Assembly (NCBI GenBank): GCA_965235115.1
Contig: OZ249436.1
Location: forward strand, 58,342,001-58,406,000
DNA from: Laetmonice hystrix
Lineage: Eukaryota
Length of the DNA stretch: 64,000 bases
Reading direction: 5' to 3'
Shown piece by piece: positions 13,601-27,329 of the stretch (the stretch's first letter is position 1; every line of letters begins with the position of its first letter). Position numbers and translations under genes: made by a program. Below the pieces are notes generated by a model, which saw only the letters and a program-made list of their open reading frames with translations, ran no database searches and had not been told where the DNA came from.

Positions 13601-14856
13601 GCTGCTAATACCGGGGCGATGGGGCGGGGGGGGGGGGGGGGGGTCCTGCGCCCGTGTGTCTATGGTCAGATCAAGCCAGACGCCGTCGTGTAGACTGTCG
13701 TAATGAATCCTCCCTCAGGAATGTAACGCTGGTTCGGGGGGTTCTGAAGTAGCATGTCGACAAGAACTAACGGATATCTTCTCATTAGTCCGCGCGTCAT
13801 ATCAGACAGGTCAGCACATCTCTAGCCCTCTTTTTCCCTCTTTCTCCTCAAGATGTCTAGTCTCTCCAAGGTGCCAGTGTCCATCCTCAGGCAGATCTCG
13901 GACATGTGTCTGGAGGGTATTAGTCCAATATGTTTGCTCTAATAAAAGATCCAACATTACCGATAGCCTAGAGGCATCTTGGCGTTACTTTCGGCCAGTC
14001 GGCGTTGAGAGGAAGAAGCTAATACATAACCACTTAGCAAGTCGTCCTCTCCTAAACCGGTCGAATAGTGAAATACATCTTAGAAAGCTAAATTAACATT
14101 TTGCTTCTCTCCCAAGACCCAGCATCAACGTAGGGAACCAGCAGAGAATCAATGTATCAGCGGAGACCATTGTTAGGCCTATAGCTTAGACCTGCCAAAT
14201 GTATTCTGGTCTTGGCAACAGGTTTCATGACGCTCCATCAGCTCCGCCTCCCTAGTCTTCCAATGTATTTTTAATCGCAATCTAACCACTCCCCAGGGGA
14301 ATTTTAAAGGAACGGAGCTAAGAGAAAGTTAGTTATGCAGGTTGTCCAAAGTTTGCAGCAAATGATGAAAAATGACTGAGATTATACCACTGCCTCTCTC
14401 AATAATTCAGGATAGTTACATTGTAAAGCTCTGTACAGAGCAGAAGGCAGACAGGAGGAGAAGACGAATGGTAGCCCTGACTCGAAGACTTAGGCACAAA
14501 GAAAGAAACCACATATCATAAGAACAGTTATTATAATAGAGAGGAGACTCAATTAAAAAAGTCTGTGTTCCCCTCTGACGTTTGATCTGTTCTAGCGTTC
14601 ATACCAAACGTCTCTCCCGGAACGATTACGTCGTCAACGCCCCGGAAATCACTTCAATACAAATCGATATGAACAATGATGGGCGACACCTCACGCCCTG
14701 ATTGCTTGCATACGTTCTGCAATTATTGCTATTGACTGTGGCCCTGTAGGTTAGAAGACGCTGACCAGCTGACCTGACGTTCCACATATATTCCAAATAT
14801 TCAGTTAATTGTCCTCCGGGTTTTTCTTATGTCAAGAAACTTATTCAAATCAAGTT

Positions 14857-15320
14857 CAGTGCTGCCACTCTTGATTTTGAACAAAAGTATCCAAATTGTC
14901 AAAAAAAAGTATGAAAAAAGTATCAACAGGCATCAACTTACCCTGTTTGGTAAACATTTGTTACCTTACTAAGCTAATATTTCCTGCTTGTGAACAATGT
15001 TCTGGAGTGATGTATGCTGTGTTGTGAGGAGTTGCAACTCCTGGGCTCTCAGTCACCTGTCACGTGGTAAATGGCAGCAGAGAGCTCAGCAAAAACTCCA
15101 CTCAACAGAACACCCATCACTCCAGCAAACAGACTAGCAAAACACATCTGTAAGTCTACTAGAGTAGAGAGTCTTCAACTATCAGATTGACCATTTTTAT
15201 TGACCATAAAAAAAAGTATTGACACCTACATGTAAAAAAAAGTATGGAAAAGGTAAAAAAAAGTAGCTTTTCTTAAAAAAAAGTATAATACTTTTAAAAA
15301 AGTATAAAGTGGCAGCCCTG
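14857..15320. mobile_element. MITE with CAG(G/T)GCTGCCACT TIRs and 6-bp TSD
   Basis: Left CAGTGCTGCCACT (14857) versus right AGTGGCAGCCCTG (ends 15320), 12/13. CAAGTT lies immediately on both sides. Multiple subterminal AAAAAAGTA motifs and an internal imperfect inverted repeat (about 15002-15050 / 15079-15126). Confidence 0.8.
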
Positions 15321-16443
15321 CAAGTTTTCAGATTGAGTTTCGTTCCCAACCTTCGGGATAACATAACACGGCACGTTCCAAGGTATCTGTTTACCTCTGA
15401 CAGGGCCCCAAGGGTCAGGCAGACAAACGGTTAAGGACAACTGCAAGATCGGAAAACAGAACAGCAAGAATCTTGATGCAGGACTAACGCTTCCTTTCTT
15501 TCTAAGAAAATTAGGACGAACTGCAAAGTGGGTATGAATGTTTATTTAAAGATTCACGGCCGTGACATCAGAACACATCTGATTGAGTCTGGGATAACAG
15601 AGTAGGCCGGGTACAAACACTGACATCGACATGGATGCCTTTTATCTCTAGACCTCGTCCTGATGAGCAGGGTAGGGAAGGATCATAGCATATGAACCGT
15701 TGACATGGCGAAAAAGGGAACATGGCGACTAAAATCATCATAGCACTTGCTTTATTGACAAGTACATCCATTAGCTAAATGGAAAGCGATAGAACTTGAT
15801 GCAATATGTTGGTTTCAGATGCGTTTGTATGATATCCATTACCCTCTATGAGAAACAATTGATTCTCTCGGGAGTTATTAACCAAAAAGGGGTTGGAGAG
15901 ATCCTCTGGTTAGATTACTCTCTCTGCTTCCGGTCTTCTTCTTCAAAGTCTCTTATTTGCGACTCTTCTGTGGCTTGCGATTCTTAGAGCATCAATTCCA
16001 AGTGTTGTCATGGGTGGGCCAGACGGATATACATTATGCTTTCTTGTTCAAGGTGACCACCAGTGGCCATGCTCCCAGTGAATGCATCATGTTCTGTATG
16101 CAGGTCGGCCCTGCCAGTGCCCGGCTCTTGGTCATGCTGTAGGCAGTGTCCATCTTGACCCTGCCTTTATCCCGGTAATGACCTCGCCTCCACTGAAGAT
16201 GAGGCCTGACCTCCAAGGGAGCACAGGGTCACCGGTGCACCAATCCAGCCACGACGACAATTTGTCCCGGGCCTGCTCCGGCACGTGGTGGCAATCGCAA
16301 CAAAAAAAAACAATAGAGGCCGTTATAATATCATTGAGACTCGTGGTGGTACGCTGACCTGTTGTCACGAGATTTATGGCACGCTGCCCTCCACTGTGGT
16401 AAGCATGGACTCCTCAGCAAATGAAGCTGCCTCGTGACTACCA

Positions 16444-16977
16444 ATGCTTGTCCAGGAAATTCATAACTCGGTGGCTACATTTATTCCTCACATAACAATT
16501 TGCAAACTCATTACAACGCCCCATGTCAATCAATACACACGTAAATTCGACCTTATGCAGAAAAAGCCTCGCACACGTAACATAAAATTTAGAAACATCC
16601 ACTTTTTCAGCAAGAGGACTTTCTTTTGTACCGAATGAACGGCCATCAAATAATTTATAAATAATTTAGAAAAGCAATCCGGTATATTGTTGTCAGTTAC
16701 AAGTATGCCTATACAAGGTTCATGAGGTTGATCCACTGGGTCTTTTGATAGCACGACAACTGCCGAAAAGTCAGACAAGCTCCGACAAAGTGGTGAATGT
16801 CGCGATACATGTAGCAGTTTGTTACTATACTGTCGTGAATGTCGCCGCATCTGTTTTTGGTGGATCAACTTTTACCAACACGTAATGTTTACAGTCTTCC
16901 GGTAACAACGGCGGCTGGTATTTGACCTTAGTAGCAGTCACATACATACCATATGAAATAGAATAAATAAATAAATA
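16444..16977 (+). mobile_element. Decayed 3' end of a CR1/L2-group LINE
   Basis: Translation ...YTRKFDL...RTR...HFFSKRT..TE(W)NG (needs one restored base) resembles the FFxxRT..WNxLP C-terminus of CR1/L2 ORF2. It is followed by a 3' segment and an (AAAT)n tail at about 16962-16977. Confidence 0.4.
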
Positions 16978-17428
16978 TTTAATGTGTGAAAATGGAATCA
17001 TATCAATAAATCAATCAATACACAAATTGTCTAATAATAGAGCGATAGGTATCCATGTCTCAACATGTTTCGTATGCCACCATGTATTCTTAAAAAGCGA
17101 GCATTGCAATTACTTGTCGATTTGTGAAGGATTCATCGAGTAATTATTCCTTCTGTGTATCCCCACCCCACCAAAAGTGAAAAATGTACTTTTTAAACCA
17201 AAACAAACGTCCGCATGCTTCAAGGGCTTGTCGCCGAATACCGTAAAAAACAGTTTAAAAACATTCTGCGACAAGCGGCCTTGACGCCGAATGCCGTGCT
17301 ACTTTTGTCGCAGGAAACCACTAGTGGCCCAAAAATGTCCAAAGAGACGATTAATTGGAATATCGTGAATTGTAGCAGGAAGCCGCCAGTTGTCGCGCAA
17401 CCAGAAAATCTTTACTTTCGGCTTCTAC

Positions 17429-17816
17429 TAGGGGCGCCGGAAGCAAATTATTATTGGGGGGGGGGGGCAAGAGAGCTGAAGCGAAAACATGTTTAGTAAA
17501 GCAGGGTCGGAGGCCCTCCTCGAGAAAATTTTGAAAACTACACGCCCTAAAACGTTTTTCTCTACCATTCTGAGGCAGGATTTTTTTTATGTTGAGAAGG
17601 CGTGAATGAATACATTACAATGTGTCATTAGGACAATCAACCCAGTCTTTGACACACCCAAGTCATGGTTTCAACAGGCCTACTGTATGTGGAAAAACCT
17701 GCCTTTTTTCATTCATGATCACGGATTATTGGGAGGGGGGTGATGCCCCCCCCCCGACCAGATTATTGAGGGGGCGGTCGCCTCCTCCCCCCCCCCCCCC
17801 GCTATTGGCGCCTATG
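17429..17816. mobile_element. hAT-type MITE with perfect 8-bp TSD
   Basis: GCTTCTAC|TAGGGGCGCCGG...poly-G ... poly-C...GGCGCCTATG|GCTTCTAC. The 8-bp TSD is exact (17421-17428 and 17817-17824); the short TIR matches 7/10. Confidence 0.85.
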
Positions 17817-20800
17817 GCTTCTACAGAGCTTTTAGCATACTTAAAAACCCATCTTATAATTTTGTATTCTTAACACTTCTGTTCATCTGAAATGGCATCT
17901 GATGTCCCCCAAAAAGTATACTGAAGCACGGAAGTCCATGCTGTTCGTTTAATTACTTTATGACCTCGTTGAAGGCCGTGCCTTTTTGACTTGTGGACGA
18001 GCTTGACAGGACTGTGTAATTGTTTGCAGAATCCGCGTCGAGAGGATGACGAGTGGTTAGATGGACGGGCTGCTGATGGCCAACCACTCCTCAAAACGTA
18101 GCCACCACCACTTAATCCGCAACTGACATCGGAGCTGGCCAAGCTTTTTACTTCTTAAAATGTGGGAACGGTCCTTTAAAAATAGAGACCCTAGGATTAC
18201 GACAGTTAAAACCACGACTTCGTCAGGCACGGCTACACTCTGTAAGAGGCGGCACTCAGTCACTGTTAGCAAACAAGACAACCACCTCAGTCGCTTGTGG
18301 TCGACAACGTCAGAAATGCTATCGAAAATATTGATTACAGGCCATTAGCACCAAGTCTCCATGTAGGATGAACACTTTCCATTACTGGTAACAGTCACAA
18401 TACATCAACCACATCGTAACACTGAAATAAACGTACACAAAATGGTTTGTCGCGCCCGGATATCCTTGTCATATTTCTCTCATATTCCCCGTCTTACTCT
18501 CGAGGAGTCCTCTCCAAGAAGAATTTTGAGAATGTCTCACATGTTTCATCATGAAGGTCACTGCTGCCATGTCAATTGGCAGCACCCCGTCATCCCTTTT
18601 AGCACCATCTCGCACCTAGCTTCAACCGTTTCACTCAAGGCCTCCTGGAAGCTGGACTCTGCTCCAAGCTGTTTACCTGCCATCAATTCTTAATCCAGCA
18701 TCTATAATTCAGCATTTTATTTCCAGGCGAAATGGATTCCACACCTTTCGGATCGAGGAGGGAATTTGAATCTGAACACCTAAACAGGCCGAGATCCATC
18801 AACAGCAACAGGATCCATCAGCAGGGATCTAGCAAATATATATAAAAGATTATTCCCGATGCAGGGAACAATCTGAGGCGACTAACACAATATTCTACTC
18901 AAGATGTACTTGGACTGAAATCGTTATGGGTATAAAACAATACTGTTCAAGTTATTCATTAAATCATTTACTTATTATTGGTTTGAGTACACAAAATTCC
19001 TGATTTAAAGTGTACGACGTCCCTGAGTTTGGTTCCTGCATGGCGCCGGTTCTATAATGATCTCCGTTTTTAAACACACTTGTAGCCGTACTAATGGCAC
19101 TAGAAACCATCATATGGAAATTCAGAGCATCAAACCATTGTTTTTTCTTTCCATAACTGAGGCAGTTTAATGTCAGCATGCTGTCTGAAAGATATTTAAG
19201 TATCTGTGCTCCAAACAATGACTTACTCGGGTGCAATAATTACGGTTACTCGCTTTGGTACCTGGGGAATGAAAATCTCGTGCAATTAATTGATCTTTGT
19301 GTGAATTTGCACCAAAATTTATTGCCAATATTGTTTGTTAATTCTGTCTCGATGCTTTGTAAGAACCACACCCATTAAACCCCTAGCATTCACCACGGGG
19401 ACGCCTAACCATAATCATGCCATCTAAATTAATCATAAGCCGTTTGTAACTAATGCAAGATACGTCTCTTCCACTTCTGAATCACCAATGCTCGGGCGGT
19501 CTCTTTGGGAGCTCTCCTGAGAACCCCTCAGGATTAACCATTCATAAAGACTTCAAAATTCCTACGCTTACATAAAGTTTGCCAATTATAGGGTTTTCGA
19601 CATTCACCTACGGAGGGAAGCGACCCTTGGGCCTGTACAAGCAAGGTCAATCTTCTCTGGCATCGAACCAATTTGTGACCAGTGCTCTATGGAGATGTCC
19701 TGTGGCCTACACCAGGCGCTGTCCAGTAGGCATGTAGTTAATGGTCTCCTTCTGTCCCCTTGGCTTATACAGACATTCGGAGAAAGGTGAGGCTTAGTGT
19801 TGGAACCTGATTACTGTCTATAGCTGTAGGGTTTCGTGACCTCCCTGGCGACCGTAGGCCAGACGAACCAAGGTGACCGGGTGGTATGTAAAGTGCCACA
19901 CCAAGTCGGACAACAGATCAGGGCACTGACGGCAAACGATCACTTCTCCAATCTCAGCTCAGGTCCTCAGCAGCCATCTAGGCTGCTGTCCTCGCGAGGC
20001 TGCTGTCCTCACGAGGCAGTTGACAGCTTCACCTGACCCTTTCCTGATACAACTTGCCAATATGCATACTGCTGCTGTTAAGCGATTTCTGCCTTGCTCA
20101 CTTGTCAAATCACCTTTTTTATAACAGGACCGTAACGCAGGAAATGAACACCTTCACTGATTGCAAGCCTGTTTGTCCCACCGTCTAGACAATATATTTC
20201 ACAAGGGAGAAAACAACGTCGTCATTACATAATAGCAGCCCACACGTCATCGAGTGTGGAGAGGATATATATCAGAGCTTCATTTACTTCAAGTATAAGA
20301 CTTTAATTGCACGATTTTTTCCCTGGAAGATAAGGCATTGATGCAGCATAATGTAGTACTAATCCCATACAACAATGTGCATCTAATCCCCTGTCTTGTG
20401 AATTTATAAAACAGTGGCTGCGCTATTTCAACACCTTTTAAAACGGCTCGTCGAGATAAATGGGACAGCTGTTAACGGCGCATTGGAACAGTCTATACGG
20501 TTTATATGGGTACAGGCAACGTTTCGCGCCTCTGGTCATGTCAGCAGTAGGGCGAGTTCACCTTCTAACAGTTCAACTTCAACATTGTTACACACCCCAC
20601 AGCTATACGTCTTTCCACAGTCAAACGTGGGTTGCCCTCCATCTCATAGCTTGCTTTCAAGCTATTAAAGGCAAAACCACGGTTTGTCCCGAGGGGATTT
20701 TTTATCTAAACTTTATATTTGTAAACGCTCCATTAAGCCGCTTGAAGTGAGGATGTACATATACGTATGGTTGTTTAGATGTCACATGGATTAATCATGA

Positions 20801-23018
20801 AGATTCGGAATATTGCGTTTGAAGGAATCATTTTACAGATGAACCAAGGTTGTTGACACGGCATAACTTACAACCCGATACAATAATACGCCGGAGGAAA
20901 TGGTGCAAAGAGCTACCAAAAAAACTCTTAACCGACTTAATCTGTATGATGTCAGCCATCACAATACACGATTAAATGAAACACAATTATGAATAAAGAC
21001 GAGGTACGTTCAAAGTACCAACTGTTTCTCCTACCGACGAACGAGGATATTTACATGTATATTCAATGCCGCTCAACAATCTTTCTCGACAGCAGCAATT
21101 TTTATGAATGTATATTGGAGATAAAATCCAATATCTTTGCTCCTGGCACAATTCATGGTGCTATGGTAATCTGCAGAGACAATGCATTGCAATCTAGGCG
21201 GTCCCATTTGGCTGTCGCTTCCTCTCGTTTGTCGTTCCCCCGTGTCCTCTCGTGTCATCAAACTTTCATGTGATCGCTGACACTACATTGGCCGGTAGAT
21301 TGGAGTGGATCACCCGGCCGCTACTCATTCATGCTGGTTCTTGATGATGGTGCAGACGCCGCTCTAACATGCCGCAAATCTGCATCATGTGCTGACAGGG
21401 CTACCGCCGGTGCCAAGCATGGCAATAGCTTGTCACCCTGCCCACCATTGTCGTAGGTATGAAATTTTAATACCACACATTAGACTGATGGATCGGCACA
21501 GACGCCCCGTACCACTTCTATCAGGGAGACACCTATTGGTAAGCTGCTACGGGCTTCATTACATCACCCTTGGCTTTCCAACGAGCCTCACATCACCGGA
21601 AAGCTTCCAGGTCAGTATTTTCTAAGCCAGATTTTGCGATGTGACCCACCTTCAGGGCTTCAACTTGGCAACAAGGAGGTAATGATAATCCTGCCTTACC
21701 AACGTCGTATCCCTCACTGACAACTCGACACCGACCAATTTCCTATTAGCGGAACTGCCACACTTTTAAATAAACGGACAACAATGTCATTTCATGTTTC
21801 AATATTTCATGTCACGACAACTAACATACAGCTTTTCATAGCCTTCCCTGTACTTCATAAATATTCTGCTATAAATATAATTGGACGTGTATACCCCACT
21901 TTTTCCTTGGAAACCATCACTGAATAGAATTCAAAGCTCTGTTAAAGATGCATTAAATTGTAGCCATACAGAAACCATATCAATAGAACGAAGTAAATTG
22001 ATTAAAACACGAACTAATGCGGTTTTCAAGACGTAAAGGAAAGAAAAGAATACTACATATGACAAACTGAATTAAACAGTTTAACTGGTTTATAGTTGAG
22101 TCCCGACGATATAAGTGGACGCAACAGTTCGTTTCTTGCAGTCAAAACAATACATTCATTGACAAAAAGTACCCACAGTTGATATATTTACAGCTGCAGA
22201 CACTTTCATCTGTACAGATACACTTGGCCAGAAAATAGACATATCCTGCTGACCTGATAACATAAAGATCTTCAGTCCTAGTGTCAAGTAAAATCCAATA
22301 CTACCCGCAATTACAATGCTAATTACAATGCAATTAAACATACTTAATTAGCTATTTGCCCATGGATTTCCCTCTCTAAAAACGGCAAACATGTACACTG
22401 GTCATTTGAGAAACGTTTATTGAAATGCCTGAAAAAGCAGCATCCAACAAATATCAACAACAAAAAGCATAATTAGCCCTCAGTACTTGCGTGGTTTCGT
22501 TTTCAAATCTGAGGTACTTGTCTCCCTGTGGAATTTCTTCCATGAAATGACTGATGCCTTCACACGTGAATATTGATAGCTCTCCCCATCGTTCACTCAG
22601 GATGGCGGCAGGAAGATGCATGTGATGGACAACCCAAACTGATGAAGAAGAGCATGCCTGATGGGCACACCAGTTAAACACCCCTATTTTACGGTCAGCA
22701 CAATCCTGGCTTTAAAACGAAGTGCAACCTGTTTAATAAATAGAGCGACACGGGTGGAATCTTTTCCTGAATATTCGAGTGCTGATGAACGCATGGCGAA
22801 TGTAAATGTAATTTGAGCAGACAATGTGTGACTGGAGATGCCAGGCCCGGGCAACATCCCGTAAGGCTTCGGTTGATTGAAAAAAGTCTGCCAAAACGCA
22901 TTTCAAGGAAACAAGGAACCACACTCTTTGATTAATCCAGTGCTGGGAACTGCTGGGAACAGTCACCTGGTCCATTGCTTTACATCTGTGAGCTGAAACG
23001 TTCCAGGGTTTTCCTGGA

Positions 23019-23502
23019 GATTGCTAACTGTCCATGTCCCCCTGTGGACAAACTAATTGCTAACGTATGACACCCTGTCCCTCCGTGGACTAACTGATTG
23101 CTAACGTATTACACCCTGTCCCTCTGTGGACTAAATGATTGCTAACGTATTACACCCTGTCCCTCTGTGGACTAACTGATTGCTAACGTATTACACCCTG
23201 TCCCTCTGTGGACTAACTGACTGCTAACGTATTACACCCTGTCCCTCTGTGGACTAACTGATTGCTAATGTATTACACCCTGTCCCTCTGTGGACTAACT
23301 GATTGCTAACGTATTACACCCTGTCCCTCTGTGGACTAACTGATTGCTAACGTATTACACCCTGTCCCTCTGTGGACTAACTGATTGCTAACGTATTAGA
23401 CCCTGTCCCTCTGTGGACTGATTGCTAACGTATTACATCCTGTCCCTCTGTGGACTAACTGATTGCTAACGTATTACACCCTGTCCCTCTGTGGACTAAC
23501 TG
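23019..23502. repeat. 41-bp minisatellite, about 12 copies
   Basis: Unit CCCTGTCCCTCTGTGGACTAACTGATTGCTAACGTATTACA recurs every 41 bp from 23032 to 23401. One copy lacks 4 bp (next start 23438) and the last copy (23479) is partial. Confidence 0.97.
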
Positions 23503-26500
23503 TAACCACAAGGGATAAGCTCGTGAACCGCTGGAATTAAAAGTTTAGCCATGATCCAAGTAGGCCTTACATTACAGTCCTAAGTAGTACATAAAAAGAG
23601 GACTCCGGTGCAGGCTGTTTCCCTATCGCCCTCATGTGAATGTTACATTACAGCTAAAGTACTGCTGTTTTGAAATTACCCAGACCTCTACATCAAACCA
23701 GAGGCTATAATCGCCCCGACACGCACTTGGTTTGTAACCGAGTGGCAGCATAGCCCGTGGGATTCAAACTGTCTCCATCTCTTGTTTCATGTGGCATTAG
23801 CCCCATCCAGGTTGTGTTGAGTGACGTGCCGCGCGGTCGAGGGTACCTCCATCTAGACCAACGTCCCTGACAGCGGGCCTCTAGCCCGGATACCCGATCC
23901 AACCATCCAACTCGTAAAGCTGTGATAGGACTCTTAAGTTGTACACGCTAACATGAATTGCAACAGAACTCGAGAGTTCACAGCACAGGGGAGCACTGTA
24001 GCACAACATTCATCGAAGATGAAGGCTACTGCGATTTTCTTGAATTTTACCTTGGTACTTTGCAAATAGTCAAACGTGTCAACTGCCCACCCGATCGTAC
24101 ATGAAAACCAGATCAGACCAGATCGTACATGTATAACCAGAGCTACTGTACGATCAACACAGCAGAACACATCTACATACCGACACAGTTATGTGCTGAT
24201 GAATGGCCGTGAGATAGTAATGTCACCAAACCCGCCAGAGATCTTGCCCGCATCTGTGATAATTCGCGAATTCCAATAACCCTTGCTAATAACCATTATT
24301 ACGGGGGACACCGTTTTATGCTACTTCTTCCACCTTAAGATCTATGGAGATTTTAGGCTGTAAAAATATTGTAGCATCCTGCATTCATCGAAAAGCTATC
24401 TTTTCAGCATGGGATCCTGCGCCATTACTAAAACGGCGTCGGTATCATCTCTACAGCAGGGGAATGACGGAAGCCCTGCTGTGGTGGACTAGAATGTTGG
24501 GTCTCACCTCTGATTGGGAGATTAATATAGTCAGCGGGACCCACGTGGTACGTGTGACCTGCAAGCATGGACTCACTAATTGCCTGTCGCTAATGGCTTG
24601 CTGGAGGGGGGTGTTATCGACGGTTTGCTCACTCCAACATGCACCCTGGCACCGACAGACAACATCATAAACCACCCTCTCTATTCTACGACCCCACTAC
24701 CTGCAACTTGATAGATTGAGCATCAACGCCCGGCCCCCGTAAACCCATCCTTTAGGATTATAATTACAAATCACTGACTCAGCACTATCGTATTATCAAC
24801 ACTAAGTTACACATCTGCTGTCAGTTTGAATTACTTTCAGCAGCGAACGTAAATAAAGTCTAAAAAATTGATGACTATGGTTTGAAGGGTGTTGAGTACT
24901 AAAGATCAAACATAAAGAAATGTTCACACCGGCAATTTATCCCTCATTTATATCAGGATTGATTTATATTCAACTTCTATTAAAATCTGTTGGCATGGCA
25001 ATGAAGAAAATGTGTGAATACTGTTTACCTTCTAGGGATGAAAAACCTGTTCATTATTTATAAATCATGTTGTCATTCGAAAACCAATGCCAGGGCATGG
25101 GAATTGCATTCTGCTGTCAGTATTTCATCGTAGAACGAAACGTTTTTGATAGTCATCCATTTCCACCATTTGCTATCAATTAATACTAATATCAGAAGCT
25201 TAATGAAGATCAAGCAGCTAGATTTCTCATTTACAAGTCGATGCTTCAAGAGCAGAAAGCTGCTTGAATATTTAATGCCTGCACGCTTACGTTCCAACAC
25301 AGGTTAGGGGCACAGTGCCCTTGCCTAGTTTCAGATTACACAGGACCCACGACTTGAAAGCTGGTGTTGAGCTAGTAATCAATCCAATTAATGTCCTTTT
25401 GTCACGCATGGGGAACAAAAGCCGACAACTTCTTCAGGCAACTTTCTTGTGAATTAAGTGAATAATTCAATTCATCGACCATCTGCAGAAATTGCATGCA
25501 TCAATAACGCACCTGAAAAGAAGTGCATTATGTTTCTGTAATTTTACATCTAAGAAATACAGAACAAGGCGAAGGATTTAAAACTGCACCTTAAGAGTGC
25601 CACCTTTACAAACGGCAATATAAATTGAAAAATTGAAACAGAGTGCATCAACGAATAACCGGAGTTTGCCTCGAGGTCATAATCCGAGTGTTCTATCATA
25701 TTTCATCTTCATTATTATATTTTTGAAGAGTAGTAAAAAACTGCAATGACATACGGCGATACCCCATAGCATACATCCACGCCAAGAGTCTTTTTCCCGA
25801 AACCGCCTTCCTGTCATTTTCTCTGTACAGACTATCATTTGTTCATCTGTGTGTGCAATTAAAAACAAAAAAGCATTCTCCTACTGTCATATATCATGAT
25901 ACACAAACAAGTATTGATCACTTTCTGTAAAGCTCATGGCTTCCAATAGCTAAAGCTCAATCCGCACCATTTTAAGTGGCATCTTATTTCCAGATCTGTT
26001 TAGCGTTTCCCGAACAAAATCTGTTTTTAGGACACACGATTAACGATTACGTATTGCAGCTGAAGCTCCCTTTTTATAAGCTCACAGGGCGATGAGGAAT
26101 ACAACTGTGAGGCAATTCTTTGGTGTACCCGGGGTACATCTGTCTACCATCACCTCGTATCCTTCCAATCTCCTCCTACTAAACCTACCTATAAACACTA
26201 ATGTTACAATATTGACTTGACAAAATTATAAATCTAATTGTGATGGCTTTCTAGAATTTGATGTGAATTCTGTATTGTTATTACTCCTGATACTGTCTTT
26301 ATAATCCAAGACCACTTCTGTTTTAATGGAAATCGTGAATCATTTAAAAAGGATGTCTTTGAGAATTTTTTTCAACTGACACATTATAAGCGGATACTAT
26401 ACTATATAAATCATGAACAATGTGACACATAGCCCTCTTTCTTCACTCAAATAGGATTTGCAAATGATTTCTCTATAATCTTGAATACGATTAAGTACTT

Positions 26501-26629
26501 ATATCAACCTCCCTTACAAAAACATGTCAGCAAACTAGAAGTGTTGCCCGGTGATCATGCAATCTTCCCATCTCGATCTGTATGGAATCTCCTGACAATT
26601 ACTAAACACATCATGTCCTTTAGTAAACA

Positions 26630-26698
26630 ACTACTAGCATGCACGCCCGGGGTTCCGGAGAGCACTACTAGCATGCACGCCCGGGGTTCCGGAGAGCA
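26630..26698. repeat. 34-bp tandem duplication
   Basis: ACTACTAGCATGCACGCCCGGGGTTCCGGAGAGC x2, exact. Confidence 0.9.
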
Positions 26699-27164
26699 TT
26701 TCTTTTCCTCTAAATCTAGGTCATCTCGATAGGTATTTTTCTGTCTCCTGCAGGGAAGTAATCTGGATGAACATAAATCTCCAAGCAGTATGCTCTCTCG
26801 CTCTCACCTTTGCCGTACTGTGACTGTAGAATGCGGACATTGGAGATACACTGGAGACCTTAATGTCGTCTCTGCTGTGCCATTCATCCCGAGTGTCACC
26901 ACAGCACGCCAGTGTTCAATCCTCGGTTAGTATGAATCTGTTCGGGATAGTAAATGGGCCCAACAGATGCATACTTTAGGTTCTATAGCGATCGGTTCCT
27001 TGGGGAATTGTAACGTACAACTTTCCGTTGTAGGAACAGGTGCTGAGCCGACTCCATTGTACAGACAGGCAATGGAGAGTTCTGTATTATATTGACGAAT
27101 AATACAGTTGGTATTTCAAATTGAATGCAAAAGAAGAATATTCTGAGGCATTTTACCATCATAT

Positions 27165-27329
27165 CAGGGGCAGATCCAGGTTTGCGTCAACGAGAGGGGT
27201 GGGGTACCACGAGGGGGGTTGTGGGTGCGGGGTGGGGGTGTATGTTTGGTTTCAAGCAGAAAAAAGAACAAATATTTCGTAACAGGGGGGGGCTGCACCC
27301 CCTAACCCACCACTCGGGATCCGCCACGG
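27165..27329. mobile_element. hAT-type MITE (CAGGGGCGGATCC family)
   Basis: Left CAGGGGCAGATCCAGG, right GGGATCCGCCACGG, with G-rich/C-rich subterminal tracts. Flanks CATCATAT / CATATTAT share CATAT and match 6/8 as an 8-bp TSD. Confidence 0.6.

Noticed and set aside
17979-18320. hAT transposase-like words DLWTS...W and VVDN
   Set aside because: D-to-D spacing is about 105 codons, longer than usual for hAT, with many stops and a poor match between motifs. Needs an HMM search.
26760-27060. Decayed LINE endonuclease (ILLGDL) or Gypsy integrase (PEQIHTNRG...ESERA) on the minus strand
   Set aside because: Two incompatible readings, both with wrong motif spacing; neither can be supported.
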